DNA from: Paramoeba atlantica
Lineage: Eukaryota; Protista; Discosea
NCBI GenBank assembly: GCA_977017575.1
Contig: CDRNVI010000058.1
Span: 135,003-199,002 of the forward strand
Reading direction: 5' to 3'
Length of the DNA: 64,000 bases
In this document: piece after piece, positions 45,890-57,265 of the stretch
Layout of the letters: every line of letters starts with the position of its first letter
Position numbering within the stretch: position 1 is the first letter of the stretch
Translations under genes and position numbers: made by a program
Notes under the pieces: generated by a model
The model's database searches: none
What the model was told of the DNA's origin: nothing
Seen by the model: the letters and a program-made list of their open reading frames with translations, nothing else

Positions 45890-47461
45890 CAGGGGTGAAA
45901 ACTTCCATCTGGGGGGGGGTCTAAAATTTGTAAAATTTGCTCAATTTTGTAAAATAATAGCGCATTGGAGAGCTCTCGCAGAGTTGTATGTCTTTGGCGT
46001 ATTCGGAACGCTCGACTTGAAAGATTTAATCTGATGACAAAAAAATAATTTTTTTTCTTGTGAAAATATGGCAATTTTTTGTTTTTCCCCATTTTATGCC
46101 TCAAAAGCGAGTTCGCTCAAGGACTTCCCGTGGTGTTTTGAGCGCACGCTCCTATGCCTCACCAGGGAAGATTAAGGAAAGTCACAGGATGCTTCTTGTG
46201 GCGGACTTTGAGAAAACAGAGTCTTATTCCCGGACTGCCCAAAATTTTGGTGTCCACGAGGGAACTGTGAAACTCTGGGTGGAAAGATTTAATTGCACTG
46301 GCGACGTGGCCAGTCCATCCCCTACGCGTCAACCTAGGGTCACCACCTCTGATCTTATGAAAGTATCTTTAAAGCTTATTGATGACGCTTATCGTGACCT
46401 TCCTTATGGTATCTCCACTTGGAGCGAGCTCTGGAGAGAGGTAAAGCGACGTGGCTTCACATGTTCAATAACATCCCTAAGGAACATGTTGAAAAACTCA
46501 AAAGAAAAAATTGTGCTCAGAACAGCTTTAAAGACCCTTTTCTTATCTAATAATCATAAGGAGCGCAGAGTGCAATTTGCCACTGAAGTGCTACAGTGGA
46601 GCGACGCTGCGCTGGAAAATATTATTTTCTGCGACGAAAAAAAATTTACGTGCAAAAGATCCACCCGACCCACGTACCTTTGCCGAAAATCTGACCCCCC
46701 CAAAGAACAAACAGGGGAATTAGAACCCTAGCATGGTGGAGAAGGTATTATGGTTTGGATGGGGGTGAGCTTAAAGCATGGGTTTCATTTACACGTATTT
46801 CCTACCCATGATTCTCAAGGAAACAAAGTAACTGTAAAGGGACAAAATTTTTATGAAGCCATGAAAAAAAAGGGGGGTCTGTTCCAATATTTAAGGAGAC
46901 ATCGGGCCACAATAGTGATGGACAATTGCCCGGCACATAATAAGGCTCGTGCCGCGGCCCAAGAAAAGGGTTATTCTTGGCTCCGATGGCCAGCACGATC
47001 CCCTGATCTAAACCCCATAGAAAATCTTTGGTCAATAATGGACGGGACAAAGGACCGAATTCAACCCAAAAATCAACAACAATTACTCTCCGCAATTCAT
47101 GATTCCTATGATAAACTTAAGACAGAACAAATATCCAAATTTGAGAATACGCTAAAAAGCTTCAGAAAGCGTTGTAGAATCATTGTAGAAAAGAACGGTG
47201 CACATTGCGGATACTAACAGGGGTTACTAACAATCTTTTTGGGGGGAAAAACGTTATTTTTTAACTTTTTTGTATCATTTTTCAAGTGACAATTCGAGTT
47301 TTTGACCTATTCGGCATTTGTAGTTCCACTTTGATATGTTAAAAGCTACCAGTACGAAGACATACAACTCTGCGAGAGCTCTCGAATGCGCTATTATTTT
47401 ACAAAATTGAAAAGTTTTTACAAATTTTAGACCCCCCCCCAGATGGAAGTTTTCACCCCTG
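45890..47461 (+). mobile_element. Tc1-like transposon (DD32E), ~110-bp TIRs, TA TSD; transposase 46060-47217 with one TAG
   Basis: TA|caggggtgaaaacttccatctgggggggg...ccagatggaagttttcacccctg|TA; IIFCDEK, VMDNCPAH, WPARSPDLNPIENLW. Confidence 0.92.
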
Positions 47462-47463
47462 TA

Positions 47464-47985
47464 TGTATGAAAGTCTGCGACTTCCCGTCTCATCAGAAAT
47501 GCTTTTGCAGGCACGTCCCAAAGTTCTCCACGAAATGCACGCACTTACCGCTAGACTGGCGGACGAATTATGGAAAATTTTGTGCTCCGACATTGACACG
47601 TATTCCTATGTTGGATTGGCCGTAGACACGGGTATTGACCGTGTAAAAGCTGAGCACATAATGATCGTAGTGCTTTACGTGGAACGTCACGAGTATATTC
47701 TCCCTCCTATCTATTCCACCAGACACAAGGCGTATGATGGCTATGCCATGGCCAAAGAGCTTATGGACTGTTTGTCAAGTAACTTGGGGGAAGAACGACT
47801 TCTCAAGCTCGAATTTTTAATGGTGGAAGGTTCTACGGTAAATCACGTTGCCCGTGTTCATTGTGAGGGATTCCTAAAGACAATCTACGATCGCATATCT
47901 CTTGTTGGTGACAATGATCTGGAAAACATAGAACTTGGTGTCAATCGGTTGTGTCGGGTCTCACTTTTGTCTTGCGTAGGTCATA
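47464..47985 (+). mobile_element. hAT-like transposase fragment (interrupted by the Tc1; 5' part at ~45790-45887)
   Basis: Removing the Tc1 restores DDKPPGSRYIWFLNMYESLRLP; then YVGLAVDTG, FLMVEGSTVN and CVGH (CxxH-like). Confidence 0.55.
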
Positions 47986-48150
47986 CAGTGGTTTCAGTTG
48001 ATCTTGCCCCCCCTCGGAATTTTGATTTTGATTTATCCGTTTTTGCTCATCTTTGCAGCATTGGAGAGATCTCGTTCCCCTAGCGAAGAGCTTTGCCGCC
48101 TTTTTTTCATAGAGACCCCCTGGTGCCCCCTGGGTGACCCGAAAGTTGAC
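47986..48150 (-). repeat. Solo TIR of the Tc1 element at 60795-62518
   Basis: ta|cagtggtttcagttgatcttgcccccc...gggtgacccgaaagttgaccaaaa matches the reverse complement of ~62355-62518. Confidence 0.88.
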
Positions 48151-48338
48151 CAAAATGAAACCCAGCCCAGCGACCCCCACCCGCTCAAACACCCCCTCCC
48201 CCCTTCACCCACCCTCCCGAACCAAATCTCTGTTACTGGGGGTCAGCCCAAAAATGGTCAAATCTCTGTTACTGGGGGGGGGTCTATTACTGGGGGGGTA
48301 TACGGTAGTACCGTCTCTTCATAGTAAAATTTACATAC

Positions 48339-48592
48339 CAAGCGGCACATTGACAATACATAAGGCACATTGATAATGCATAAGGTGTATTGATAATGCA
48401 TAAGGCACATTGATATTGCATAAGGCACATTGATATTGCAAGAAATTGGGCACTTTTGTATTGCATAGTAAGCGGCACATTGATAATGCATAAGGCATAT
48501 TGATAATGCATAAGGCATATTGATAATGCATAAGGCATATTGATAAGGCATAAGGCATATTGATATTGCATGAGGCACATTGATAATGCATA
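48339..48592 (+). repeat. 20-bp tandem array (gcacattgataatgcataag)n
   Basis: About 12 copies; same motif family at 55555-55645 (inverted), 56655-56695, 60100-60235, 60660-60780, 62965-63060. Confidence 0.9.
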
Positions 48593-48631
48593 ATCGATTT
48601 TTTTCTAATTTCCACTTTTTTTTGTCGGGCA

Positions 48632-49330
48632 ATGTCGAACTTCAATAAAGTGAAAACGCGTCTTGATTCGGATGATCGAGCGATGATAGAACTGTTGCAT
48701 AACCAACAAGAGTTTTCTCAAGAGGAGATAGCGGAGAAGGTAAAAGCCTCTCAATCTACAATCAGCCGGGAGTTTGCCCGGGGCACCTTCAAAGACGTTT
48801 ATCACGCGAAGCGCGCCCATCTTGCGTGCAGTAAAGCGATGTCAAAGCGCAAGGGAAAGGCTTACAAAATCGAAGGTGACGTGGAGGAAAAGGTGATCCG
48901 TCTATTGGAACGACGATTTAGCTCGCCGCAGATCAGCGTGGTCTTACGTAAAGAAGATGACGTTAAGGTGTCGCGTGTCGCAGTGTACGGTTTTATCAGG
49001 CGTGATGAATCCCTCGGGGGAACACTGTATAAGTGCCTGCGTCGAGGCGGTGGTCGAGGCCGTCGCCTGCGCGGCAAAAGCCGTTTTAAGATCCCGAATC
49101 GCACAGACATTAGCGAAAGGCCCAATGTTATCAACACGCGGGGAAGATTTGGTGACTGGGAGTGCGGCCTAATAGAGGGGTCAACGCACAGTGGGTTCTT
49201 CCTAAGTTTGCTGGAACGGAAAAGCAGGTTTGGTACACTAAAGCTACTGCGCACGAAGAAGAATGAGGTCGTTGCAGAGGCTATTGGTAGCGCCCTGGAA
49301 CACTATCTTGTTCATACGATTACGGGCTTG
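48632..49330 (+). pseudogene. IS30-family transposase, 3'-truncated after first catalytic region
   Basis: SQSTISREFARG, RGRFGDWECGLIEG, LLERKSRF, VHTIT then breaks into palindromic sequence. Confidence 0.9.
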
Positions 49331-49703
49331 AGGGCACGTTCGTTGAATCTTCAACGAACTGAGCGCCCGTTCGTTGAACATTCAACGAACGTGTCCCCTG
49401 GGGGTGCAATTTTGTTTTCCCACAAAAAAAATTTATTTCCCCAAAAAATATATTTCCCCTCCCACAGGAATGGCTGCGACACCTAGTTTAGGGGTCTAGA
49501 GGTCCAACTGTGAGGGAAGCCCACGTCTGCGAGCAAGGCCCAACTGTGAGCGAAGCCCACGTCTGCGAGCAAGGCCCAACTGTGAGCGTAGCCCTGGGAT
49601 ATAATTATTTTTTTCTGGGGACCCGCGCGCTGGAGCGCGCGGGTCGCGCACTGAGAACCTGTGTCTGCCACTTCCTCAGGATTGACCAGAGGCAATAATT
49701 ACT

Positions 49704-51050
49704 ATGAATGATCTTGCTTCCTTAAGGCATTTTTTTCTACGTTCGCCTTTTATGGATCCTGGGGACGAGGATTTGTTTTCTCAGGGTGCAGAAAGGTTGT
49801 TTGCGCGGTTTCTTGCGGCCTTCGAATACACTGCACAACGGCGGGATGATGATCGGCAGGGTGATAATCAACGTGATGGGACTCAGCCAGACCTCGTTGA
49901 AACTAATGGTACATCACGCCGTACGTGGCGAAATCTTGAGGTTCGGCCGGTTTGTAGGGGGTGTCCGGGATACGCCTGCGTGAGGCTATGGCGAAGCGTT
50001 GCCGCTATTCCTCAGGGGAATGATGCGGAGAAGTGGATGAAGTGCCATGGTCTGTTTGCCCTCCCCGAATGCCCCGATCATGGGAACCAGTTCATGGTTG
50101 ACATCCCGGGTAACGATCTGATGTGGCTTTGTGTGCACCGTGAACCTGGTGATCGGAATTCTTGCCGAGCGCACGTTATTTCTTCCATACGTATATTTCT
50201 TTCCATACGTATATTTCTACGCACACTTTGCTGACTCCGAGCATGCTTCTCTTGGTGTGGGCCGATATTGCTAACCATTTATGCACTGGACAGATTTGCG
50301 GGAACCGTGGTATCGGAAGAAAGGTTGTAGAGGACACCTTGCGTAACCTCGGGGAGGCTGCGCTTGGTCAAGAACGCAAATTTGGTCACTCTTTTTCGCG
50401 AATCCAAGTGGACGAGACGTTCATTGGTAAGCGGAAATAAACCGTAATTTATAACCGAGGTCGTCGACAACGTCAGCGGGGTTGGTGGTTCGCAACACTA
50501 ACTGAGCAGGAGGGTCGGAAAATGGGTCTTACCCATTGGAAGCTGGTAAAGCGTCGTGACCTGGAAACTCTGCATTCCTTCATTCTCCCGCATCTGGCCA
50601 GGGCGCGGACTGTTGTGGTCAGCGATTGTTGGAAAGGGTACGTCAACCTCGGTGAGTATTGCCGGCACTACGCGGTGAACCACAGTAAGGAGTTCGTGAC
50701 CTATCAAAGGTTTGTACCTATCAAGTAGTTCGTGACCTATCACACCAACCACGCGGAGGGCGTCCACGGTACCATAAAGGGTTGGGTTAAGCGTCAACAC
50801 TACAATTACGGGGCCACCCCTTTGCAACTCCAGCGGAATGTTGCGCTTCAGTGCGTGAAGCCTGGTGCTACTCACATGGGTAGAGAGCAAGCTTGGCAAT
50901 GTCGGATGCAGAATCTTTTGAACTGCTGCACTACGGGGCTGAAAATCCTGAATGGGAGGAAGTCAGCGAGAGTTCGTGTAGCGACAGCGACGTTAGTGGA
51001 GATTCTGACGACAGTTTATAATTCAATAAATTTTGTTTTTTTATACATAG
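49704..51050 (+). mobile_element. Merlin (ISXO2-like) DNA transposon, degenerate
   Basis: IQVDETFIGKRK, THWKLVKRRDLETL, VVSDCWKGY, HTNHAEGVHGTIK; short internal duplications break the frame. Confidence 0.9.
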
Positions 51051-51112
51051 TGCTTTACATATTTTGCTGGGACTCAGGGCTCAACCTGACTGGTTAAAAA
51101 AGCAACAAAAAA

Positions 51113-51144
51113 AACGATAAAGATACAGTTTCTGTACTTTGTTG
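51113..51144 (+). other. Spliced-leader (mini-exon) relic
   Basis: aacgataaagatacagtttctgtactttgttg resembles the conserved 3' part of euglenozoan SL exons (GATACAGTTTCTGTACT.TATTG); not followed by the GT of the SL intron. Confidence 0.8.
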
Positions 51145-51188
51145 ATTTCTTTTTTTAATCTAGTCTTCTCTTGGGGCTCAGTTCTCCT

Positions 51189-51917
51189 ATGACACAGGTG
51201 AAAAATCCTCAGACCCACGTAGGTACGAACGAAGACTCTCATTCATTCCATCAGAATATTGACGTCAGCGAAGGTACTCTCAGTGAAAGCGCTCTCATCG
51301 ACGAAGAGCGTTCCCACTGTCCCGGCAGTTGGGACCAATTCGATGGCAACAAGCACCTGATCTCCACTGCGAGCACTTACGACGAACAATTTTACACTAC
51401 CCCGATCCCGAAGAATATTCCCAAGGAATGGATGGAGCGCGTACGCCACATCACACAGGAGAGGGAAACTCCGGACACAGGACACGCAGAGGCCGAAGAT
51501 GAGGAAACACAACACTGTGCGGTGAGAAGGCAGAAAATAACGCAAGAAGACGCACTCGCACCCAAGGCCGCCGATAAAAGCTATACTCAAAGCCGCAGTG
51601 AAAGACGCTCTTTCCCGCCAACTGCAAAACACTTCACCATCGAAAGGGGTCACCAAAACGGACTCGCGTCCGTCAAGACGAACACCTTGGACATACCATT
51701 CTTCACCCCGGCACGCTGTAAACAAGACCACCTCCGCGGAAAAAACACAAAGTGGAGAAGAGTATCGGGAATGCCCAGCGGTGGGATGCTCTTGGCGAAG
51801 TCCGCCGCACGGAGGGTCGTGACAAGCATTCTACAATCACGTCGCATACGACACACCCGAGCGACGAAAGCCATCCCCCAGGGACCCAAACGCATCACTC
51901 CGAACTTCCCTCACTGA
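51189..51917 (+). pseudogene. ORF containing an ataxin-2/PBP1 LsmAD-like segment fused to retrotransposon sequence
   Basis: WDQFDGNKHLISTASTYDEQFYTT (~51330-51400) matches the WDQF..N..L...STYDE..YTT signature of LsmAD. Confidence 0.65.
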
Positions 51918-54890
51918 CCACGTGCAAGGACGTGCCCCCTCGCTGCCGCCAACTCTGGGGAGAAATCCTTACAAACGCAGCTAAAAACGCAGTCACCGAG
52001 AACTCTACAGCCGCATGGACCCTACTCGCTATGCTTCCGAAGTGCTTACTACCAGCCCCACACCGAGGAGGTCGCAAGAACCACACAACTTACTCATCAT
52101 ACGTCCAGAAGTGCATGAACCGATGGCTTGCACAAGACTAAATGTCTCCCTATGGAGACTTTATGTCTCCCTATGGAACGAAGCAGTAGACAACACACAG
52201 AAGAAACAATCCGCTGCTTCTACAGCCGTCCACGACGAGGAGGAAAAAGCCGCTATTCGAGCAGAGTTGCTAGTTCGACGAGGTGAGTACTCTAGGGGTA
52301 TGGCTGCACTTACCGCGGATTCTATGGCGCCCGACGACGAAGACACCTTCCGTAAGCTTCAAAGCAAACACCCTTGCCGTCATCCAGACAGTGACATCAT
52401 CGACTATGCGCCTCCGTCCACAGAGCCTTTAGTAGTGCAGGAACCCGCGGTAGAAAAAACGATCAAAAGCTTTCACAGGGGTTCCTCGGCAGGAACAATG
52501 GGTTTGCGACCCGAGCACTCACAAGCTGCACTTCTGGCGCGCGTAGACAACACGGTGAAACCTCTTAACGCGCTTACACATCTTGTGAACCACCTGTTAG
52601 CCGGGAAAGCACCCCTAGAGGTACAGCCATACTTCGTGGGAGCCAGACTTTGCGCCTTGGAAAAGGGTGAAAACGATGTCCGACCTATAGCAGCGGGAGA
52701 AACAATACGTCGATTGGTGAGCAAAGCGGCGTGCAATGCAGTGAAGAGCAAAGCTAGCGAAATATTCAAGGGGTTACAGTTCGGAGTTGCGACGCCGGCA
52801 GGAGCTGAACGAATAATTCACACTTGCCGGCATGCCATGGCAATCCACACAGACAACCCCGACCTGGTACTGTGCAAAGTCGACCTGAGCAACGCCTTCA
52901 ACAACGTAAGCAGATCAACTTTCTTGAAACTCGTAAGCGATCACTTCCCGGAATTGCTTCCATGGGCAATCTGGTGCTATACGACAACCAGTGTTTTGAC
53001 ACCCTATTCTCGGATGAAGGCGTTCAACAGGGAGACCCCCTAGGGCCGCTTTTCTTTTCACTGGTCTCTCTGGAGCTTGCGAACGAGATCTATCTCCAGA
53101 CCGACCTCCACTTGCAATTATGATACCTGGACGATGGAATTCTCATTGGCAGGGCTGAAGATGTCAGGAACTCGCTGGATACGATTGCGAGGGTGGGTCC
53201 GCGTTGGGGGCTTTATTTGAACGTGGCAAAGTGCGAAATTATCACCCCCCCCCCCCTGCTTCGGCTAACGTTGTGGCCATGTTCCCAGACATACCCGACT
53301 CCAAAATAAACGTCTGCAGCAATCTTAGCGTCCTAGGAAGCCCAATTGGGTCCCCTGAATACTGCGCTGAATACCTGATGACTCATGTTGTTGAGCCGGC
53401 GGAAATGGCACTGAAAACAATAACTACGATCAGGCACCCACAGGTAGCCATGGTGCTAATTCGACAGTGTGCGGGTTTCTGCAAAATGGTGTATGCGTTA
53501 CGAACCACGCCACCGCAATCACTTATGCACCTCTGCGAGCGTTTTGATGACTTCCTCATGCACACGGTCGAATCAATGTCCCTTACCTCCTCCCGCACGC
53601 TCCAAAATTCAACGCATGAAACGACATGGAGGTTTCGGGCTAAAATCGGCGACCCTACATGCATCCTCCGCTTACGTCTCTTCCGTAGCTTTCGCAGCGG
53701 CGACGGACTCTTGGGATCCTTCTGAAGTCGAGGGCTTCCTGCTCGCGATTGAAGACGTGAACTCCAAAGTGGGTGTTAACCTCCTCGACTCAACAGGGCA
53801 CGTACGTTCTATCCCGCGCCACAAGTGTGAAGAAGTCTCACCCCAGTCCCGTTCTTCCAAAAGGCCTCGTCAGCCTGACATCGATTATTCTTTCGAGTCT
53901 ACGATTCTCCCTTCCCTTCCACGCGAGCGCGCATTGACTTCTCCCGCAGACTTTCTTTCCACTTCAAACCCCCTACACGCAGCGGACTGCGTTGATGCGG
54001 AGCCGCCGGACTGGGAAAAGAAGAGCGTCCCCCGTCAAAAAGACATAAGTTACGCGATCTCCGCCGCGGAGTTTTCTTGTGCGTATGAAAACGCCGACGC
54101 GAGGACTCGTACACGCTGGACTTCCCAATGCGGTAAAGGTGCGAGAAGTTGAGCGTTCGTGACTCCGTCAAAAGACACTGGCCACGCTCTTAACCCAACA
54201 GAATTCCGCATCTTATCCCGCTGGTGGTTGGGTGTGTCGGTCTACGGGGAGGAAGGTACATGTCCCAAGGGGAACTGCACCCTCCCACTGGACAAGGATG
54301 GGGATCATGCCCTCACATGCAAGCACGGGGGCGGTATCCTAAGCCGACACAACTCTTTGGCGGACCAGTTCGCTGATACCTGCAGCAACGCATATTTAGC
54401 TCCCCAACGGGAAAAAAGCCTTAGGAATAGGGGCCCCGGTGGTGCCTTGACTAGACCTGGGGATGTCTTCCTGCCGAGCCTTTTCCTCGGAAAGCCCATG
54501 GTGCTTGACTTCGCGGTCACTCACGCCCAGCAACCTAAATACACGGACACAGTCCGAAATGCTAGCTGGGTGGCCGCGGGGTCCTTCGCCGAGCACTACT
54601 CCTCGGATCAGAAAGCCCGACCGCGCCGTGAAGCTGAAAACGCCGGAAGCGATTTCACAGCGATGGTTGTCGAGAGCTACGGCTCTTGGAGCACCAGCGC
54701 CTGAGCAGTACTCCGGAAAGTTGGCGAACGCAGAGCGAAAGCATCCAACGGCGTTCTGTCCGACGACGCGTCTACGCTCCGACTCATGACGGATATGAAC
54801 GTCACACTGATGCGTTCCCAAGCACGCATGATGATCACGCGTCTGCCGGTAGTGGATTCCCCAGCTCCGTTAATCGAACAATAGCTCGAT
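51750..54890 (+). mobile_element. Near-full-length CRE/SLACS-clade non-LTR retrotransposon (RT + zinc knuckle + REL endonuclease), degenerate
   Basis: AGTMGLRPEH, DVRPIAAGE, QFGVATPAG, DLSNAFN, GVQQGDPLGP, *YLDDG, CKHGGGILSRHN, RPGDV, LDFAVTH, VVESYGSW; several frameshifts; (TTA)-rich tract at ~55180-55245. Confidence 0.92.
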
Positions 54891-56929
54891 AAGGGACATG
54901 CGACGTGTGCCACAGAGCCGGCACTGGTGCTGGTTGAGTCGACAGAGTCTATTCTCACACCTAGCTCGCGAGGGCTAGGTACCCCAAGTGAGGTGGTACA
55001 CGGGTTGTGAATCTCCTCCCCGTCGACCAGCATCTTGTTTCGCGACCGTGTCGCTGTCGACACAGGCCCGCGCCTGCCCCCTCCCGTATAACAAGGGAAA
55101 GATTCACAAGTCAGGCCGCGGAGAGGTCGAAAGACCCGGTCCGGAACGCGCGGATGGATTGGGCGTGGATTGCTTCTTTATATTATTGTTGTTATTATTG
55201 TTATTATTAAATAACAATAATTAAATTGTTAAATTGTTATTATTAAATACTTCTGTGGAAAGAAAAAGAATTGCTAATTTGATTGCTCGTTTTCAATTCA
55301 TATACCACCGCTAAATCATTCAATTCGCGCGACCCCCGCTAAATAGGGGGGGAAGGTGGTAGTTGTGGGGTATGGAGGCCTCTCGCAACTCCGGGGCCTC
55401 ACCGGGAGCAAAGGTGAGATCCACTTGCCGCCCCGCCTAAATGCATTTTTCCTTTTTTTCTAAAAACTTTTTTGAAGGGCCTTTCTTCAAATTTTTTGAA
55501 GGGCTCATTTTTTTTTGAAGGGCTAACTTTTTTTTCGAAGGGCTTGCACAAAATATGCATTATCAGTGTGCGAGTTTTATGCATTATCAGTGTGCGAGTT
55601 TTATGCATTATCAGTGTGCGAGTTTTTATGCATTATCAGTGTGCTAATTGCGGTGGTTGTAAAACTACCGCTCTACCCTCGATTATTGAAAAAAAAGTGA
55701 ACAAAAACAGTGAAAATATAAAGAGGAACACAGTAATATAATAGAAGAAAAAAATATAAAAGAGGAACACAGTAATATAATAGAAGAAAAAAATATAAAA
55801 GGGGGCTCCGGTGGTCCAAAACTGAAAAAAAAAATTGAAAAAAATGGGGGGTCCAGGGGGGGTCATGGTCGAGCAATTTTTTTCGAAAAAATTAGTTTTC
55901 GAAAAAAAACCGCAGAAAGGGTAGCCGGGGTCTTGGCGCGCATTTTCCACCCCCCTACTCGGGGGTGACCCCCCCGCGTATCCGCAGGACGGGTCCGCGA
56001 AGTTCGGATTTTTTCGGAAAAAAAAATTTGAAAAAAGTTCAACTTGGCGAAAAAAATGGCAAAAAAAATATTTTTCCAAAATCGTTTCCCCTATTGTATT
56101 TTGATAGTTTGGGACCTACACTAGCTTTCTCCGCAGTTGTTTTCGCAAGGTATCCCTTTTTCGAGCCGTGGTGCGCCCCTCAAAATGACCCATTTTTGAT
56201 TAAAAAAGGTGAAAAAGTATTTTTGGGACCCCAAGGGGCCTTTTTATGTCGAAAGAATTGTGTGGTTGGAGGGGAAAGGTTACCATAAATCGTATAAGTA
56301 CCATAAATCGTAAGTTACCATAAATTGTATAAGTTACCATAAGTTGTATAAGTTACCACAAATTGTATAAGTTACCTAAAATTGCGTGGTCACATAGTAA
56401 AACAATACACAATCCTGCGAAAGGGGCAGACATAGGTTTTCAGTGGCGCCCCCGAGCGCTGGAGCGCGCGGGGTCGCTGAAAAATATAATTCTGTCCCAG
56501 GGCTACGCTCACAGTTGGGCCTTGCTCGCAAACCGGGGCTTTTGCTTCTAGAAGTGGGTTACGCTCACAGTTCGGCCTCGTTCGCAAACGGGGGCTTTTG
56601 CCTCCAGAAGTGAGCTACGCTCACAGTTGGGCCTTGACTCTAGATGGCGCCCGCACATTGATAATGCATATAGCACATTGATAATGCATACCACATTTGT
56701 AGCACAAAAACAAGGACTGGGTTTATTGGCCCGGCCGGCCCCTCCGTGCGTTCGGCCTCTCATATTCCCCAAAACAACTACCACCTTCCCCCCCATTTAT
56801 CAGGGGTCGCGCGCGCGACCCCCGCTAAATAGGGTGGAAGTCAACGAATATTACATAAGTAAAGGAATAATGCATAAGTAAAGGAATAATGCATAAGTAA
56901 AGGAATAATGCATAAGTAAAGGAATAACG

Positions 56930-57238
56930 CTCCGTCGTCTAGCAAGCAAGGTGGGATGTCTCTCTGCAAAGGCCAAAGCCCGCGTTCTGTTCAAAGAACA
57001 TCAATACGGAGTAGCTACGCCCGCAGGAGCAGAGCACGTCATCCACATTTGTCGGCGACTTGTAGCGAACCACGTTGAGGATGATGATTTCGTAATGTGC
57101 AAGGTAGACCTCCGAAACGCCTTCAATAACGTCTTTAGGGATAGTTTTATTGCCTTAACACGATATCATTTCCCAGAGTTGAGCCCATTCGTGGAATGGT
57201 GCTACTCTGCCCTCAGCAACCTGACCTTCGATGGAGAA
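56930..57238 (+). mobile_element. CRE-clade RT fragment
   Basis: HQYGVATPAGAEHVIH, CKVDLRNAFNNV, FVEWCYS. Confidence 0.85.
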
Positions 57239-57265
57239 TAAACTACCATTACAACGCGATTTATG

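Noticed and set aside
48258-48645. Overlapping Cys/Met-rich ORFs (also 59637-60239, 55399-55741, 62880-63071, 42946-43497)
   Set aside because: Translations of 20-24-bp tandem repeats or polypyrimidine tracts, not proteins.
55100-55165. SRP-like or ribozyme structure (ggtcgaaagacc hairpin) after the CRE element
   Set aside because: Only one GAAA tetraloop hairpin; no full consensus could be built.
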